Shown: piece after piece, positions 29,373 through 44,310 of the stretch | Layout of the letters: every line of letters begins with the position of its first letter | How positions within the stretch are numbered: position 1 is the first letter of the stretch | From: Lama guanicoe | Taxonomy: Eukaryota | DNA length: 64,000 nucleotides | NCBI GenBank assembly: GCA_013239625.1 | Contig: MU053810.1 | Location: 1,001,320-1,065,319 of the forward strand | Direction of reading: 5' to 3' | The notes under the pieces: model-generated | Told to the model about the DNA's origin: nothing | Seen by the model: only the letters and a program-made list of their open reading frames with translations | The model's database searches: none | Made by a program: the position numbers and the translations under genes

Positions 29373-30660
29373 GAAGGAGATAAATAATAAACTGGTATTG
29401 ACAAATCAGTATTGAAAAATCAGTAGAGTCTATGCAAATGATTTGAATGCAGTAATTCACATCTTCATTACACATGCGTAAGCTCTGCTTGTACAAAGAT
29501 ACATCTGAAATGTACATTGCTCAGTGAGAGTGCTGTCTCAAAAATATTATCTTGGGACTTTGTGTTGTCTATAGAGCTGAGATTATGCAGAAAAAACATA
29601 TATCTGGTAACTTTTTAACTTTCATATTAAGTGTTTGCCTGTTATTTCTTTTTTTTTCTGATTTCATGGCAATACTACAAAGTATAGTAACATCAGAGGG
29701 GTCAACACTGAATACTGGTATTATTAACTGCAGTTTAGATTTTTATTTTTGATGTGCAGTACTTTAAGATTTCATCCATTTTGTGTTGTGTGTAGAGAGC
29801 ATAAATATATTTTTACTGGAGTGTGAGTGTGAAATAATGAGACTGATTGTATGTGTGGCTTATGGAACCAGTTTCATTCCTTTAAGGTAATACCACACTC
29901 ATACGTTTTTCTAGGTGTTAAAAGGGAGAACCCAACTGGTAACTAAATTATAACCATGAAGATTTTTAGAGTCCCATTTACTGTGGGGGTTGGGGGGATT
30001 GGAATTTCTGAATCATAGTATTTTTGTAGCATTCTCAGCAAAGTTGAGTTTTATATCATAGCCCATTGAGTTAACATTTTGGCACCATTTTAATTTTTCT
30101 AAGCTGATGTCCATTTTTATAGCTTCTGAAAGAGTTACTAAATAATTGGACCTTTGTGCTGTTTTTAAGAAGCTGAATAATGAAATTTGTTTTAGTACTT
30201 ATCACAAAGATAAAACAAAAAATATAAAGAAAACAATTTTGGAGTTATTTTAGGCTTCCAAGTGCACGTTAAATGTAACTAGCTTTTGACTAATGGCAGA
30301 CTTTTGAGATCAAAGTTTAAAGTCATGGATTTTTGAAACCCAAACTGGTATCATTTCTGCATATCTGATATTTGCTGCTATGAAAATATACATCTGTAGG
30401 TCCCCTAATTTTTATGTATATGATATTCATCATAGAGAAAGATACAAAGTTTTCTTATTATGAAATATGATTTAAATTTAACATTACTTTATAAATTGTT
30501 AAATTTACAGGCAAACTTGATCCTAAGTAATAATTCACAAATATGTATCACTCATATTTTTGAAAAGAAAAAAGATCTATTCAGAAACTTTAAGCTGTAA
30601 GAGATTAAAAGAAGTCAGTCTTTATTTCTAATATCTTTTTTATATGTTATCAATATATAG

Positions 30661-30862
30661 ACCAGTGCTATTCAATAGAACTTTCTGCATTAATGGAAAT
30701 TTTCTATCTCTGTGCCCTCCAGTATGGTAGCCACTAGCCACATGTGGCTACTGAACACTTGAAATGTAACTATTGAAATGCGAAAGTGAAGTTTATTTTA
30801 ATTTTAATTAACTTAAATTGAAATAGCCATGTATAACTAGTGACTACCATAGTGGATAGCAG
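30661..30862. mobile_element. MER3-like hAT-Charlie MITE
   Basis: cagtgctattcaatagaactttctgc...atggtagccactagccacatgtggcta..gaacacttgaaatgt...actaccatagtggatagca. Confidence 0.85.
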
Positions 30863-31395
30863 AGAATTAGTTATTTGCTATTCAGTCAGTGACTTCTCTC
30901 TCTCCTGCACTCTTGGTGTTGACTAAACATTGATCTGGATAGAGCCCCAAGGAATGTTACTACTTGAACAGTATCTTACACTAGACTAGCAGTGTGTGGT
31001 GGTTTCACTTGCTAATGTTGCATACTTTCAGAAAGCTAGCAATTTGATTGGAGAAAATGAGACTTATTTCCTTTAATTAGCACCTCTTGGATGATTAAAT
31101 TCTTTTTTATAAAAATGAATGGCTTTTAAAATTTATCATTTTAAACATTCTCTTCTTCTGTTGTGTCCCTTACTATCTGCCTGACATTTCCCTTTATGCA
31201 TTTCAGTAACTAACTTAAGTAGTTCAAAAACCAGGTGCAGTGTTAACTCCCATCATAGAAGCAGGTGACAACACATTCTTTTCCTTGCACATGAAAGAAA
31301 GAGGGCTGTAAAATTGGCTAAGTAACAAGTTTGCCGTTAGGGACGTTGTCAGTGATTAAGCGGGATGCTCTCATTAGCTCATGGGTGCTTTCTAA

Positions 31396-31845
<450 letters not shown>

Positions 31846-34630
31846 TGAATTAATGATTTACTCGTTCGTATGCTCACATTCATGACGGTGGTTGGATTTC
31901 CAAGAGTGTTTTGAGGTCGGTGAAGTTAATACGGATGAAATAAGGTCAATGAGATGAAGCATTCTCACTCTGAAGTTAGTAGGATTAGTCCTTGTGGGGG
32001 TCTCTGTGCAGACTTATTGTTTTGGTGCTTTTTGCTAACACTGCAAAATCTATTTCTTTAACAAATGCATAGTTGTGATTAGTGGGGGGGGGCAGTGTGT
32101 GTGTAAATGTGTATGTGTTTTGGTTAAAGAGGAAAGTGGATAGGAGAGGGAACCTCATTGTATTTCTCTCTTTGGAGACATACAGATTGCTAACCTTGGT
32201 TAAATGTAGGACTTTCCCATGCTGACCAGTTAATAGAGGAAACTGTGGGGAGGGGTGAGGAGGACGCCACTGCCTTCCAGGCAGCCATGACGACCGTGGA
32301 AATCATGTCAGCCATGGTGCGTACTCATGCTTGGGCGAAAGAGGCTCAGCACCTTTGTTTCAGACCTTCTATGGAGAATCTTTGATAGGAGTAATGACAA
32401 GAAATCCCATTATTATTCAAACCAAGTCATACTAGAGAGGAAATAGAATTCAATTTACAACCTACATGGTGGTTCTTATATGATGTACCTTAGCAACTAA
32501 AATATTTGTGTCTTAGGAACAGTGAATTCCAATGCATCCAATTTCTGTATCACAAACAGGAGGGTTTCTTAATCATCAAAAATTGGATAGTTTGTTGCAG
32601 TTTTACTTTAGTCATATGTTTTGTTGAGCAAGAGGAAAATACTGCGTTAAGATAAATGTCACCTTTTTAATGAAAAGCTCTTTATACAATAAGCTTCTGT
32701 TAGTGGGTGAAGACGGATTTTATTAAGAGTAATGGACAGGGATGCAGGAGAAAGGAGATGGGAAAGCAAGGGGGTGTCCTCTGCCTGTTTGTAAACTGCA
32801 ATTCAGTTAATTCCTCAGACACCTGATTTTAACACTAGATTTAAACAAAATAGGTTACTTACCAGTATGATCTGGACTGATTTTTTTGGGTGCTCTCTTT
32901 TTGTCATTAAAAATATGAAGGCAATTTGTTTTCTCTAATGTAAGGGTCATATTCCTTTCTATGCTTCATTAATTTTTTTTTATACACAGTATATAGTTCA
33001 TTTCTTTTGGAGAAATTCACTTTTCTAATGGTTTGTATTATTCAATTTCAATAACGAAGCAACTATATTTATTGTCTTTTCAATTTTACATATTGAAACT
33101 TAGCCCCCCCAGCCCCTGAAGGGGTCTTCATGCTCTTTTTAAAATTGGTTTTCTTAATCAAATTCCACTTAGAGTATTAGTAAATATTTTAGCATTTGAT
33201 TTTGGATGTATTTTCCCATATCTCTTCCTTCATTGAAATTGTATTGATTACTTATCTGGCATTTTCCCCATAGTGTGTATCTTCTGTTTCTTTTGTGTGA
33301 CTTCAGGGACAGAAGTCTATCCTTATCAGCAAATATCAGTTACTTATTAGTCTGTTCAGTTTTCCAAATAATGTCAACTTATTTGGCCAAAGAAAACCTA
33401 GCATGCTTGCTTGACTGAGATCAACTTGATAAGGGGGATGTAACCTAAAAATGTGCCATCTTACATATTACAAAACATCTGTATACTTTGATGCCATCAT
33501 GAGTTCTTCATGTAAATATTTGTGCTGTCCGTTTTGCTTGGAGGAAATTATGTAGCCATTGAATTATCATAACTGATATATATTACACTATTTTCTGAAT
33601 TAAAGTATTTAACGCATTTGTGCATATATACGTATGTACATTATATACGTTAGAACTAAGTAAGAGAGGCTTTCCTTTGAAACTGAAAACACTGAAACAT
33701 TTTACACATACTTTTAAATTTGTCTTTTACAAAATTTGAATTTATAAAACAAAACTTTTTTACAAATAGAATTTTTAAGTTCATGAAACGTAAGAAAAAT
33801 GCTTTTGTATCTTCTATTTATCCCACTGTAGGATGAGTCTCTAGGACGGTGTAGAATATATGTATATGAGGGGGGGGGGAGACATCAGGAACGTGGCTGT
33901 GATCACTGCAAGGATGGGAACGTGCCCACGCTTGGTGTGACGAGCCTGCCTTCAAGCAGTTCTGCAGAATTTGTCCGAAATCTTCTGACCCTTAGCGGGT
34001 GGAGGATGTCACCTGTCAAAGCTGTAAACAGCTTAGTGCGCTGGCCCCGGAAAACTTTGCCACGCGCACCTAAGAGGCTCCATCCTCATGACTGATGTGG
34101 GAGATGCACAGACAAATGCCTGCCCTCCACCGCACTTTCACCTCAAATACATCATTTCAGTGAACACGAACGGTCGGACGGGTGCCAGTGGAGCAGGCAA
34201 GAGAGCTTTTCCCAAGCTCCCTCGCCTTTCTGCCTCTCCCTTCTCAAAATACTTCATAAAAGGCTGTGTTTTTGACAGAGCCTTTAAAACTGTTGCAAAG
34301 CATTTGACAAAAAGGTGCACAGGGCGGTGTGGCTGACAGTAGGAGTGCCTACTTCTTGCAAAACTGGAACTTTATACCAACTGAACAAGCACTTGCCATT
34401 TCCGTGTCCCCCCAGTCCCCGCTACCACTGTTCTGTTCTCTCCTTCTGTGAGCTTGAGTATTTGAGACAACCTCATGTAAGTGGAATCATTATGCTGAAT
34501 GAAATAAGCCAATCCTAGAAAGACACATCCTGCATCTATTCCAAACAATAGATTGTTGATGGTATTAACATGATCCTGTATAAAATAGGGACATTTAAGA
34601 ATAAAACACATATGCAATATATATATATAT

Positions 34631-34750
34631 TTTGGTGGGGAGAGGTAGTTAGGTTTATTTATTTATTCTTAGAGGAGGTACTGGTGGTTGAACCCAGGAC
34701 CTCATACATGATAAGCATGTGCTCTACCACTTGAGATAAACCCTCTCCCC
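34631..34750 (-). mobile_element. tRNA-derived SINE (vic-1-like)
   Basis: A and B boxes on the minus strand; TSD atatgcaatatat at 34610 and 34751. Confidence 0.88.
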
Positions 34751-34869
34751 ATATGCAATATATTTTAAAACCATTTCTAATAAAATAAAGCATAACATGT
34801 AGCAAACATATCTAAAGGTGTACATCGGCTAGCTTAACAACTTACATATCAGATATATCAAAATTTCAG

Positions 34870-35210
34870 ACACATGCTGCGTCGTGGATGAACCTTGAAA
34901 ACGTCATGCTAAAGGAATAAGCAAGTCACAAAGGGACAAGTACTGTGTAATTCCTCTCACGTAAGGCACCTACCTAGAGGAATCCAATTCATAGAAGTGG
35001 AAAGCGGAGTGGTTGCCAGGGCTGAAGGGGAGGATGTGCTTAATGGGCGTGGAGTTTCACTTTGGGCTAATGAACAGTGGTGGAGACACACGATGGCATT
35101 GGTTGTACAGCAGTGTGAGGGTACTTAGTGCCACTCACCTGTGTGCTTAAAAATGGTTAAGAGGTAAAATTTATACTAAGCATATAGTATCACAATAAAA
35201 TGTTGAAAAA
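34870..35210 (+). mobile_element. Old L1 (L1MB-like) 3' end
   Basis: tggatgaaccttgaaaacgtcatgcta...gtggttgccagggc...ttaaaaatggttaag...cacaataaaa. Confidence 0.75.
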
Positions 35211-38200
35211 ATACATACCTGATTTTCAGTCATAACATAGAAAAAGACTGTGTGTGTTCCAAAAAAGATGGAAGGATGGATAGATTTGTGTTCAAATCAG
35301 AACAGCTTGGAAATTCCATGGGAAAATGTTCTTTTAATTGGATATATAGGACTTTTTAGAGCATTTAAAATGCTACTCTAAGTTGTGATGCTTCAGAGGA
35401 GAGGTTAGTACAATATTCCAGATTAAATCAATCCAACACAATGCAGTTAATTTTCACTGTGATACTGTCTCTGGATGTCTTTCATACTTTGAAAAAATAT
35501 TGAATACTAAAATACTTCCTGAATTATAAGGGAAATATATATATGTGTATTTGCAGAGGAAAGATCCTTGTGGTCTCTCAATAAATATTAACAAAGTGTT
35601 TATATAATATAATCATATTAAAATCTATGTTTATTGAATGGAACATTCCCATTCATTCCCACACAGACTTTTTTTCTTCTATAATAGAGAACTGATTTAC
35701 TTCTGAACTGGCGGATTCAGAAATATTTCAATTTTCATGATCCAGAATTTTCATCAGCTGCCACAGTGAAATTCTTTTTCTTCTGCCTATATGCTTCGGT
35801 GGTTAAATATGCAAGAGAAAGCTTTGTCATAATTTAAAAATATTACTCTAACTGATGAACTCGGTGAAATTTCACTCAAATTATGAACAGTGGCGTATCT
35901 CTGATTAGAAATGGTGAAATGTGTTCTGTAGCCACAGAAATTTAAATAAAAGCAACCACATAATCAGAATCATGGTTTGTAGTGAATACATTTTGCTTAT
36001 AATATGAGTAGATGATTTTTTAGATTTTATAAATATTTAATGTTTAACACATATGGTGTCATAAGGCATTTATTAGCTGCCAGAATGTATTTGGCCCTCC
36101 TGGTTTTCAGATATTTATAACTTAACCTTCAACATTTTGAATTACGTAAGAGAAAGATTAATGGAAGGACTTCAACTTTGGTGACTGGAATTTGACTTAT
36201 AGTGCAGTTAAGTTCTAGAATATTCAGCTTTAAAAAAGTCCTTTGAAGTGTACTGGAACGAATGTCATTGGTAAAATACAGCTGAGCGTTCACCAAGAGT
36301 TTTACAGAGGTGACTGAACCATTTCGCTTCCATATAACCTGTATGGTGATGGACTTTAAAAATTAATCTTCATTTTTCAAAGGACAGTGGTGTTTAGTGT
36401 TCTGTAGAAAGAGCAGTGATGGACATTTGAACTGATAAAACATCAGGTAATGAAAGAAATGGTTTGAACTTTTCTCCTAAAGCCAAATTTCAACACTGAT
36501 GTAATTCGAAGTAACTCTGTCTGGAAATCCTTTTAATCTTTGCAGTTGAGTGATGCACGTGCAGTTGTGAGGTGTCTGTGGAAGGGTCTGGTGTTGCTTG
36601 GGTCACTGTACTTTCCATTTCCACACTCACTGGTCCTTATGGCCATTTCACACCGTTGCCTAGTTGGTGTGAGGATGGTTACTTCCCCACCTGCAGTGAA
36701 TAAGACTGTGATATGTATGGGCTTGCTTCCTTTGTGTATCAGTATATCAGTTTTTCCCCTAACAGGACAGTATTGAATTCATTGCCCAAACAGGGTCAGT
36801 CGAGAGGAAAGAGGATATGTATTAATTCTTCTGTTAGCACAAAAGCCGTGAAGTAGGGCAATCCGGGCCAACCCAGATGGAAGATTTTCTATTCTTTAGG
36901 AATTGGGGGTACCCTTGGTGGAGGTAGGTAGAAGTATTACTTGACCAAGTTCACAACTAAGAATTTGGAACTTTATAGCACATTTCAGAGGTCAGGTGTA
37001 TATTCTGACACCCCACCAACTGATGTAGAAGAGCTGGGAGGTAACTTAGCAGGTGGCAAAGTTCACAGAGGACCAAAGAACCAGGTCAGAGGATCTTCTG
37101 GAAGCCCAGGGAGGGGGTTCTTAAGACTATGTCAAAAGCCAGAAGCAGTTCCCCTTGGAAGGAGTAACTTTTTATCAATAGCAGTATTGTATCAACTCTG
37201 TAACCAGAGCTCGGAAAAGATAAAGGTCCAGAAGCAGCAGGTTTTCAATTGGGTACTGTATGGGTGAGCAGCATTTCCCTGTCCGATTGATTGATTAACC
37301 ATTAGATAATGTGCAATATTCTTTCATTATTACACTAAAATATATGAAGTTATACATATCTATATAACATATGTAGTTAATTCACTTGGTTTTATTTTTT
37401 GAGAAATCGATTTAAGGGGGACAATAATATTTACTTGTAGAGAAAAGTATCTTTCATTATATGTCCATTATATGACTATCAAAACAAGCATAGCTCTAAG
37501 ATCAAAACGTTCAGTTTACGTGCAGAGAAATTTAAGTGGCATTGTTACTTGTATATCATGCACTTTTAATGTTGCTAAGAGTTAACATGTTAGCAATGAA
37601 ATATCTGTTGATGAAACCAGGCATCCATCCATATTTATAGACATTTGAAGACCCTTTGATTATTCAGATAGAGTGAGCTTATTCAGTATATTGGTAAAAT
37701 TGGTCATATTACTTAAAATGGAAAATAATGGTTAGGAACAAGCATAAGGTGATGAAGTCTTTTTAATTATGAGACAGTGTCCCTGGTGTAGGGAGGCTTC
37801 GAAGGATAAGCTTTGATATCAGACAATTCAAAGGCTGGGTGTTCCATTTACTAAAATTTACCATAGGTAAGTTGCACAGTGCTAACGTTTCCAAAAGAAA
37901 GTCTTTTGGGGATAATTACACTCCCTGTGGAGGGTATTTGTGAGCACTGATGGTAACAAATGCAGAATACTTGATACATTCTTGGAGGTCAGTGGTAACA
38001 CATCTATTATTATTTTTATTAAAGAGAATAGATTATGATCTTAGGGAGCTTGTCAAAATTTAGGTGTTTTCTGACCAGGAATTATTTTGTCCTCCCTTCT
38101 GCTATGAAAATGCCTCTGCATAAAGAGAAATACTTGGAAATAAGTTTTAAGTTAATTGTATTAATTTATCCCCAAAACTACTAAGGTGGACACTGTGAGT

Positions 38201-38963
38201 CTTGTTTTAGGGAAAGAAAATTTAAGCACATAAAAACGAATTTTTTGTTAGCACACATCAAGATGTTAGCATTTCTAGTTTACTGCCCAGTCCTCTGAAA
38301 CTTGCTAGTTTTTTTTTTTTCACTAATTTGTTGACTAAAAAGTGCTTAGGAGGCCTACCTCAAATCTTGACTTTCTCTAAAACTAGTTCTTTTGTGGTAA
38401 ATACAGGATCTTAAGGTTTTTTTTTTTTGTAACTTTTTGTTGTATATTAAATGGGTGGCGGGAAATGAAGTTCAAAATACCTCATATACCTGCAATCCAA
38501 AGTGGCTAGGGATTTTTTTTTTTAACTGTTAAAATAGCTAATAGGATGTGTACTAAAGCACTGACCTCAAGCTCTTCAAAGTGTCCAGAATTAATTTAAA
38601 TTCGATCCTTTCAAATTGTTTTTGACCATCTTAGCCGGTGAATCTTGTTCATCTTGGCAGGTAAATTAGTTACTCTCTGAAAACCTCTAAAGTGTCACCT
38701 TGCAAATGCAATGGAGGTGTCCAACCAGGACGAAATGTGCCGGACTTGCAAATAGAATATTGAAGGGCGATGCTTCACACAGCACGTGGAAAACTTTGTG
38801 AGGCTGGGAAAAGAACAACTGTTCTGATAATCAGAAAACACCCTTTACAAAGTAGAGTGATTGTTCTGATCGCCTCCGTCGATCGGCTGACGTGGAGTCA
38901 GCCTTTTCCTGCTTGCTCCTCCTTCATTTCTTCACACCCTGTTCTCTTTTCCACGTACAACAG

Positions 38964-39110
38964 CAGATCATCTCAGGTGTGACTTCGAATCTGGTTTCTG
39001 CGGCTGGGAGCCATTTCTCACGCACGATTCACGCTGGGAATTCGTGAAAGGGCTAACCCACCTAGAACCCCGTCTTCCTGGCGCTGAGCCTGCCGCAAAT
39101 ACAGATCATG
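38964..39110 (+). CDS. MALRD1: MALRD1 exon, MAM start ([18 protein letters not shown]...ANTDH), 147 nt, phase 1-1
   Basis: [10 protein letters not shown] motif; tandem cagcag acceptor; G|gtagga donor. Confidence 0.92.
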
Positions 39111-40599
39111 GTAGGATGCCTTCCTCTCTGTTTTTTGTTTTGTTTTTTTGTTTTAAATAGTTGTCTGTCTTTCCTGCTGTGGAGTGATAATACTGTGTAT
39201 TTTCATTTCTATCTACAGACTGCATACATGGAACTCTGTTTTGTTTTGCCCTATGCTCTTCTGATCGACTTAATAATTTGTGGTTACTTGAGTTTCCTGA
39301 AAGGAGCATTGCTTTAATAATAAAAAAATTTGTTACATTATTTAAAAGATTGGTTTGAAGGTCTGAAGAGGGGGAAAAGTTCCCTGATAAATTTTTCTAG
39401 TTGTCAGGAATCATACAGTAGGCTTGCCTTCTTTTTAGACCAGTCCAAGTTTTTGCAAAGCAGAAAGAAAAATAGTTTAATCTTCTTTCTAGGAACAGAG
39501 AACGGAGATTTAGCACTGTCTGTAAAATAAATCACAAATACTTGAATGCAATTTAATCACTCTTTAGGCTTCTTTGTTACAGTCTTACTTCTTCCTCATT
39601 TATATTGTTAACCACCAGTATAATTTTTATATATGCCCTTTAAATAGAGCAACTGTAACTACATATAGCATTTCAGTAAGGGTTTGTGAAACTCGTAGGA
39701 AAGCAGAAGGGTTTTGTTCTGTTTTTCTCTGTTTTGTTTGGATGCCATTGAAAAGGTACATTAGTATTATGTTAACTTTATAATAACACAACTATTACAA
39801 CTTTAGATTCTCTTTAAGCTCGTAGAACCCCACTGGACATTATTATATTTGTTACTCCTTTGAGATTGTCAAAGAAGTATGCCAAAACTAATAGTTTTGA
39901 CCGTTTTTTTAGTCAATGGAAATTGGGACTAGTCGGGGAGGATGTCGGGATGGGGAGGGAGACTTCAGCTATCCATCTGTTGTCTAAAACTATAAACGCA
40001 GCTTGTTACTTGCCAGTGGAGTAAGATCTTAATCTTGGACTTTATGGCAATGAATTTTATTTTTCCTGTAAGATTCTGTGCCAGCTTGTATTAAATTTAA
40101 AGTTTAAAATAGAAAGGAGTCTTCTAATAATGGAAACTAGATATATTACTAGTACATCTCTTCCAAGCTCATATAATTTTTCTTCTCCTTCTCAAACCAA
40201 TTATTGAGTACCTGACATATACTAGACCTGGGTACACACGAATGCAAGCCATGGTCCCTGTCTTTGAGGTGTTCTGAGTCTGGTAACTGAAGCAGATAAG
40301 TAAGACTTTGCAATAAGATGTGATAAATGTTTTATAGGGGATGGAGTGTGTCTCAGTAGGACTTGAGATGCCTTGTGATAGAGGTATCTCTTGAACTGAG
40401 CACTGAAGAGGCATGAAAAGTAGCCAGGAAGGCAGAAGGAAGGAATCAAGGAGAGGTGGCAGGGAATATATTCTGATTAGAGGAAATACATCGAAAAAGG
40501 ATGAGAGGTATAGGAAGTTCTGGCTGAGAGATGATTTTAAAATTTTGTAACAACATTATCTGTTTTTCAAATATTAGGTTAAAATTCTCTCAGGATTGT

Positions 40600-42250
40600 G
40601 TTTGGCTTTCACATCAGTTTTCACTGACTTAATATTTTCATAACATCACCTTTTCATCTAAAAATATCTTATCTCTTTCCATTTAATCAGAAGGCTTATG
40701 GTTTTCCACAGAGTTTTGTCATGTTTTTTATGTAAATCTTGCCCTCTTCTTGTTACGTTTATTCCTAATTATTTTGTATGATTGTTGTCACTGTGATTAG
40801 AATATTCCTCACCATTCTATATCTGGGGTCTTACTGCTAAAATAAATACAAATAACAAGTATTTTCCTAATTCCTTTCACCTTCCTAAATTCTTTTATTA
40901 ATACTCAGCTTTATTAAAAGATAGGATCCCTTGGGGTTTCTATTTTTACAGCTATGTTATTGCTAAAACATGCAAAAATCTATTTCTTCTTTTCTATTAT
41001 GTTTATTAGAATATTTTATTTGCTCGACTTCCACAATGTTAGACCTAATATTAGTCCAAGGTAATTAATATTGTCTAACTAATATTTCCTCTAATTAATA
41101 ATGGTGACAGAAATCTCGAGGTAATTTCTTATTTTAATTAAAATAGTTTTGTTGTTTGCCATTGAACATGTTATTTATTCTGAGGTTGGTCATTAATCTT
41201 TATTGTTTCCCTTTAATATTTTATTAAGGTTTGTTATTTGGAGTAACTGGCTTTTTTGGCACACTTTTTAATATTTGTTGATATGAATGTATGGTTTTAT
41301 CCTTTAATTTGTTGATCTGATTGACTATGTTGATTGTTCTGTTAAATTAAACCAAACCTCTGTTCTTGGAAAGCTCAGATTGGTCAGGACATATTATTGT
41401 TTTGATAAGTATTTCAAATGCAATTGAAACCTATTAATTAGAATTTTGTATCTATGATCATGAATGACATTGTTGTATAGTTTTTTTTTTAATTCTCCTA
41501 TTTTCATCACTTTTTAAGTTGAAGTATAATTGATTTACAATGTTGTGTTAGTTTCTGGTGTACAGTATAGTGATTGTTATGTATACATATATACTTTTTT
41601 GTATTCTTTTTTACTATAGGTTATTATAAGCTATTGAATATAGTTCCCTGTTCTATACAGTAGCACCTTGTTGTTTATCTATTTTATATATAATAGTTTG
41701 TATCTGCTAATCCTAAACTCCTATTTATCCCTCCCCTACCACCTTTTCCCTTTGGTAACCATAAGTTTGTTTTCTGTATCTGTGAGTCTGTTTCTATTTT
41801 GTAAGTCATTTGTCATATTTTAGATTCCGGATGTTAATGATAACATATGGCATTTGTCTTTCTCTTTCTGACTTTGTCAGCTAGTATGATAAGCTCTAGT
41901 TCCATCTATATTGCTTCAAATAGTATTTTTCATTCTTTTTTATGAGTGAGTAGTATTCCATTGTGTGTACATATATACCTCATCTTCTTTATCCAGTCAT
42001 CTGTTGAGGGACATTTAGGTTGCTTCCATGTCTTGGCTATTATAAATCATGCTGTTACTGTTTTCATCATTTTTAACATTAGAGCTCTCTGGCATCATAA
42101 ATAAGTCAGGGAACTCACCATATTTTCCTAAAAGCTGAAATATTTTCAAGTAATGTTGCAAATACTTATTTTTTTTTTAATTAAGTAAAACCCGGCTGTG
42201 GGGACATACATTCTGGTAGTTTTTTTTTCTATCACTTTTCCAGTTACTTT
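40600..42250 (-). mobile_element. Very old L1 fragment with a younger L1 3' end nested at about 41515-42055
   Basis: T-rich ORF2-like antisense sequence; nested copy gttgaagtataattgatttacaatg...ccatgtcttggctat with TSD approximately ttttcatca(c/t)tttta. Confidence 0.7.
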
Positions 42251-43496
42251 TGTGGCATAACCAATTTACTCAAACCCTTTGTTGCTTATAGATGTTGGAG
42301 TTTTGGTTTTTATCTGTTCTATACTTCATTAACTGCTTGTTTGAAAGTGTCCATATGGTTTTAAATGACAGAGGGAGTAAGATCTTTGAATATTTAATTT
42401 TTAGAATTTTAATTACTCTTTTAAAAATATTCAGTTAAGTTTTATGTAAACCTGAGAATTTCTTAGCTGGAATAATTTTAAAAAATCATCTTTTCTTACT
42501 CTACTCTTTGTAGGTGAAGTAGAGAATTTAATGAGCTTAAGTATACTGTTTTTATTACTCTTAGCTTGGAATTTGGGAGCAGTAGTCTTTATCCTTCCCA
42601 ACTGGCTTTGAGACTTAAAGCCCATATAAACTGGACTCTCTTTTTCCTACTCCAAGACTGCACTGCTGACTTGCAGCCTTGGTTGTTTGGTTAAACATGT
42701 GGTAGTATCTGTAAAGTGATCCGTTTTAATTCTGAAATCCTATTCTTTCTGTGCAGTCAGCATTGTACTGTGTCTAAGAAAATCACCTCTGAATGTGGTG
42801 TTTTTCATCAAAATAGTTGGCTTTCCAAGTTGCCCATCATTCCATAATTATCAAAGGGCAGGGTCAGACCTTGACATTGTTCAGCGTAGCCTTCCTTTTA
42901 AATTTTCCATACTCAATGAAGTTACCCCGACAGCTGCTCAGAATGTGTGATCTTTCAAGCTGCGAAGAGACGTTATCCCCCTAGTATGTTTGCCATGAGC
43001 ACATCCACTGAAATAAAATCTAAAAACAGTTATTTTGTTAACACTCAGATTAGATCTTTAATTAAGCCTTCATCCCCACTAGCACAGACAACAATGTCAA
43101 ACGTGTAAGCCTCAGGAGAAACCAAACTCATTCTATAGGCTCCCATCCTTCAGTACATCATGAAAAAACATAAAAATAAAGGTCTCCTGGGAATTTTAGA
43201 AGAGCATGTTGACTGTCTAATGGTAAGCTTAGAAGCTTTATTTAATTTGATTTCAAACTGTGGCATGAATTAAGCCAATAAACATGTTTGTTGAGAGGAT
43301 TTAGATCAAGAGCTTGTTTTTCATCAGTTGGATTTTATTTTAGATATTTGATGTTATCCATATGAAAGCACTTCTTGGTTATCCACAGAGCTTAATGGTA
43401 GAGAAGTAAAAACGTAATTTTCTTCATCTGATTGACAGTTGAATGTATGCAAAGATGAGCTGTTAGAGCAAAGATTTGCTAAATGTAAAGCAGTAG

Positions 43497-43700
<204 letters not shown>

Positions 43701-44124
43701 TAGTAAATGCCTGCTCTGTTTTATTACTATTTTCATGATGAATGGAGAGATTTTTATGAGCTATTTCAACATGAAATATCATGTCATTCCAAAAGACATT
43801 TGCAGCCTGTAAGTTACACCCTTCCTTTCGGGGGTGTATTCGATAATATTCCTCTCCTTTTGTATTCTTTCCACATCATTCTTTCAGTAATTTAAAGCTG
43901 TGCATACATGTTGCCCAAACGGCTTTGTTATTTGGGCCAACCATGTTAACTGGGGAAAATCAGTTAAGTAAGTTCTGTGGAAAGAAAGATGAAAGGATGA
44001 GCAGAAGAGAAATATGTGCAAAAAATAATCATGTTTCTGAAATTTTAGTTTTTCAGTTTGTCCTTCCAGTGCCAGGTAAGCACAGACCAAGGGATAAAGC
44101 CGTCCATTTCAACAGCACAACAGA

Positions 44125-44310
44125 AGGCAGAAGGACTTTGGAGTCAGACGGACCTGGTTGCGGTCTCAGGTCCGCCGCCCGTTCTGTGCTCGCTTTGAGA
44201 CTCAGTGTCTCCCCTGGAGGCATAAGGTTTAGCATACCTCCCCCACACGGTTGTGCAAATTCAAACGTGATGAAGCACCTAGCGAAGTATTTGACCCCTA
44301 GTAGGTGTTC
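44125..44310 (+). mobile_element. MIR SINE
   Basis: ggactttggagtcagacggacctgg...ctcagtgtctcc...ggttgtg...aagcacctagc...tagtaggtgttcaa. Confidence 0.65.

Noticed and set aside
29794..29892. Possible decayed copy of exon 28776 ending tttaag|gtaata after the second direct repeat
   Set aside because: Only short AT-rich matches; I could not align it convincingly by eye.
33880..34340. CpG-enriched patch, possible internal promoter
   Set aside because: Short, with modest GC content and no independent promoter evidence.
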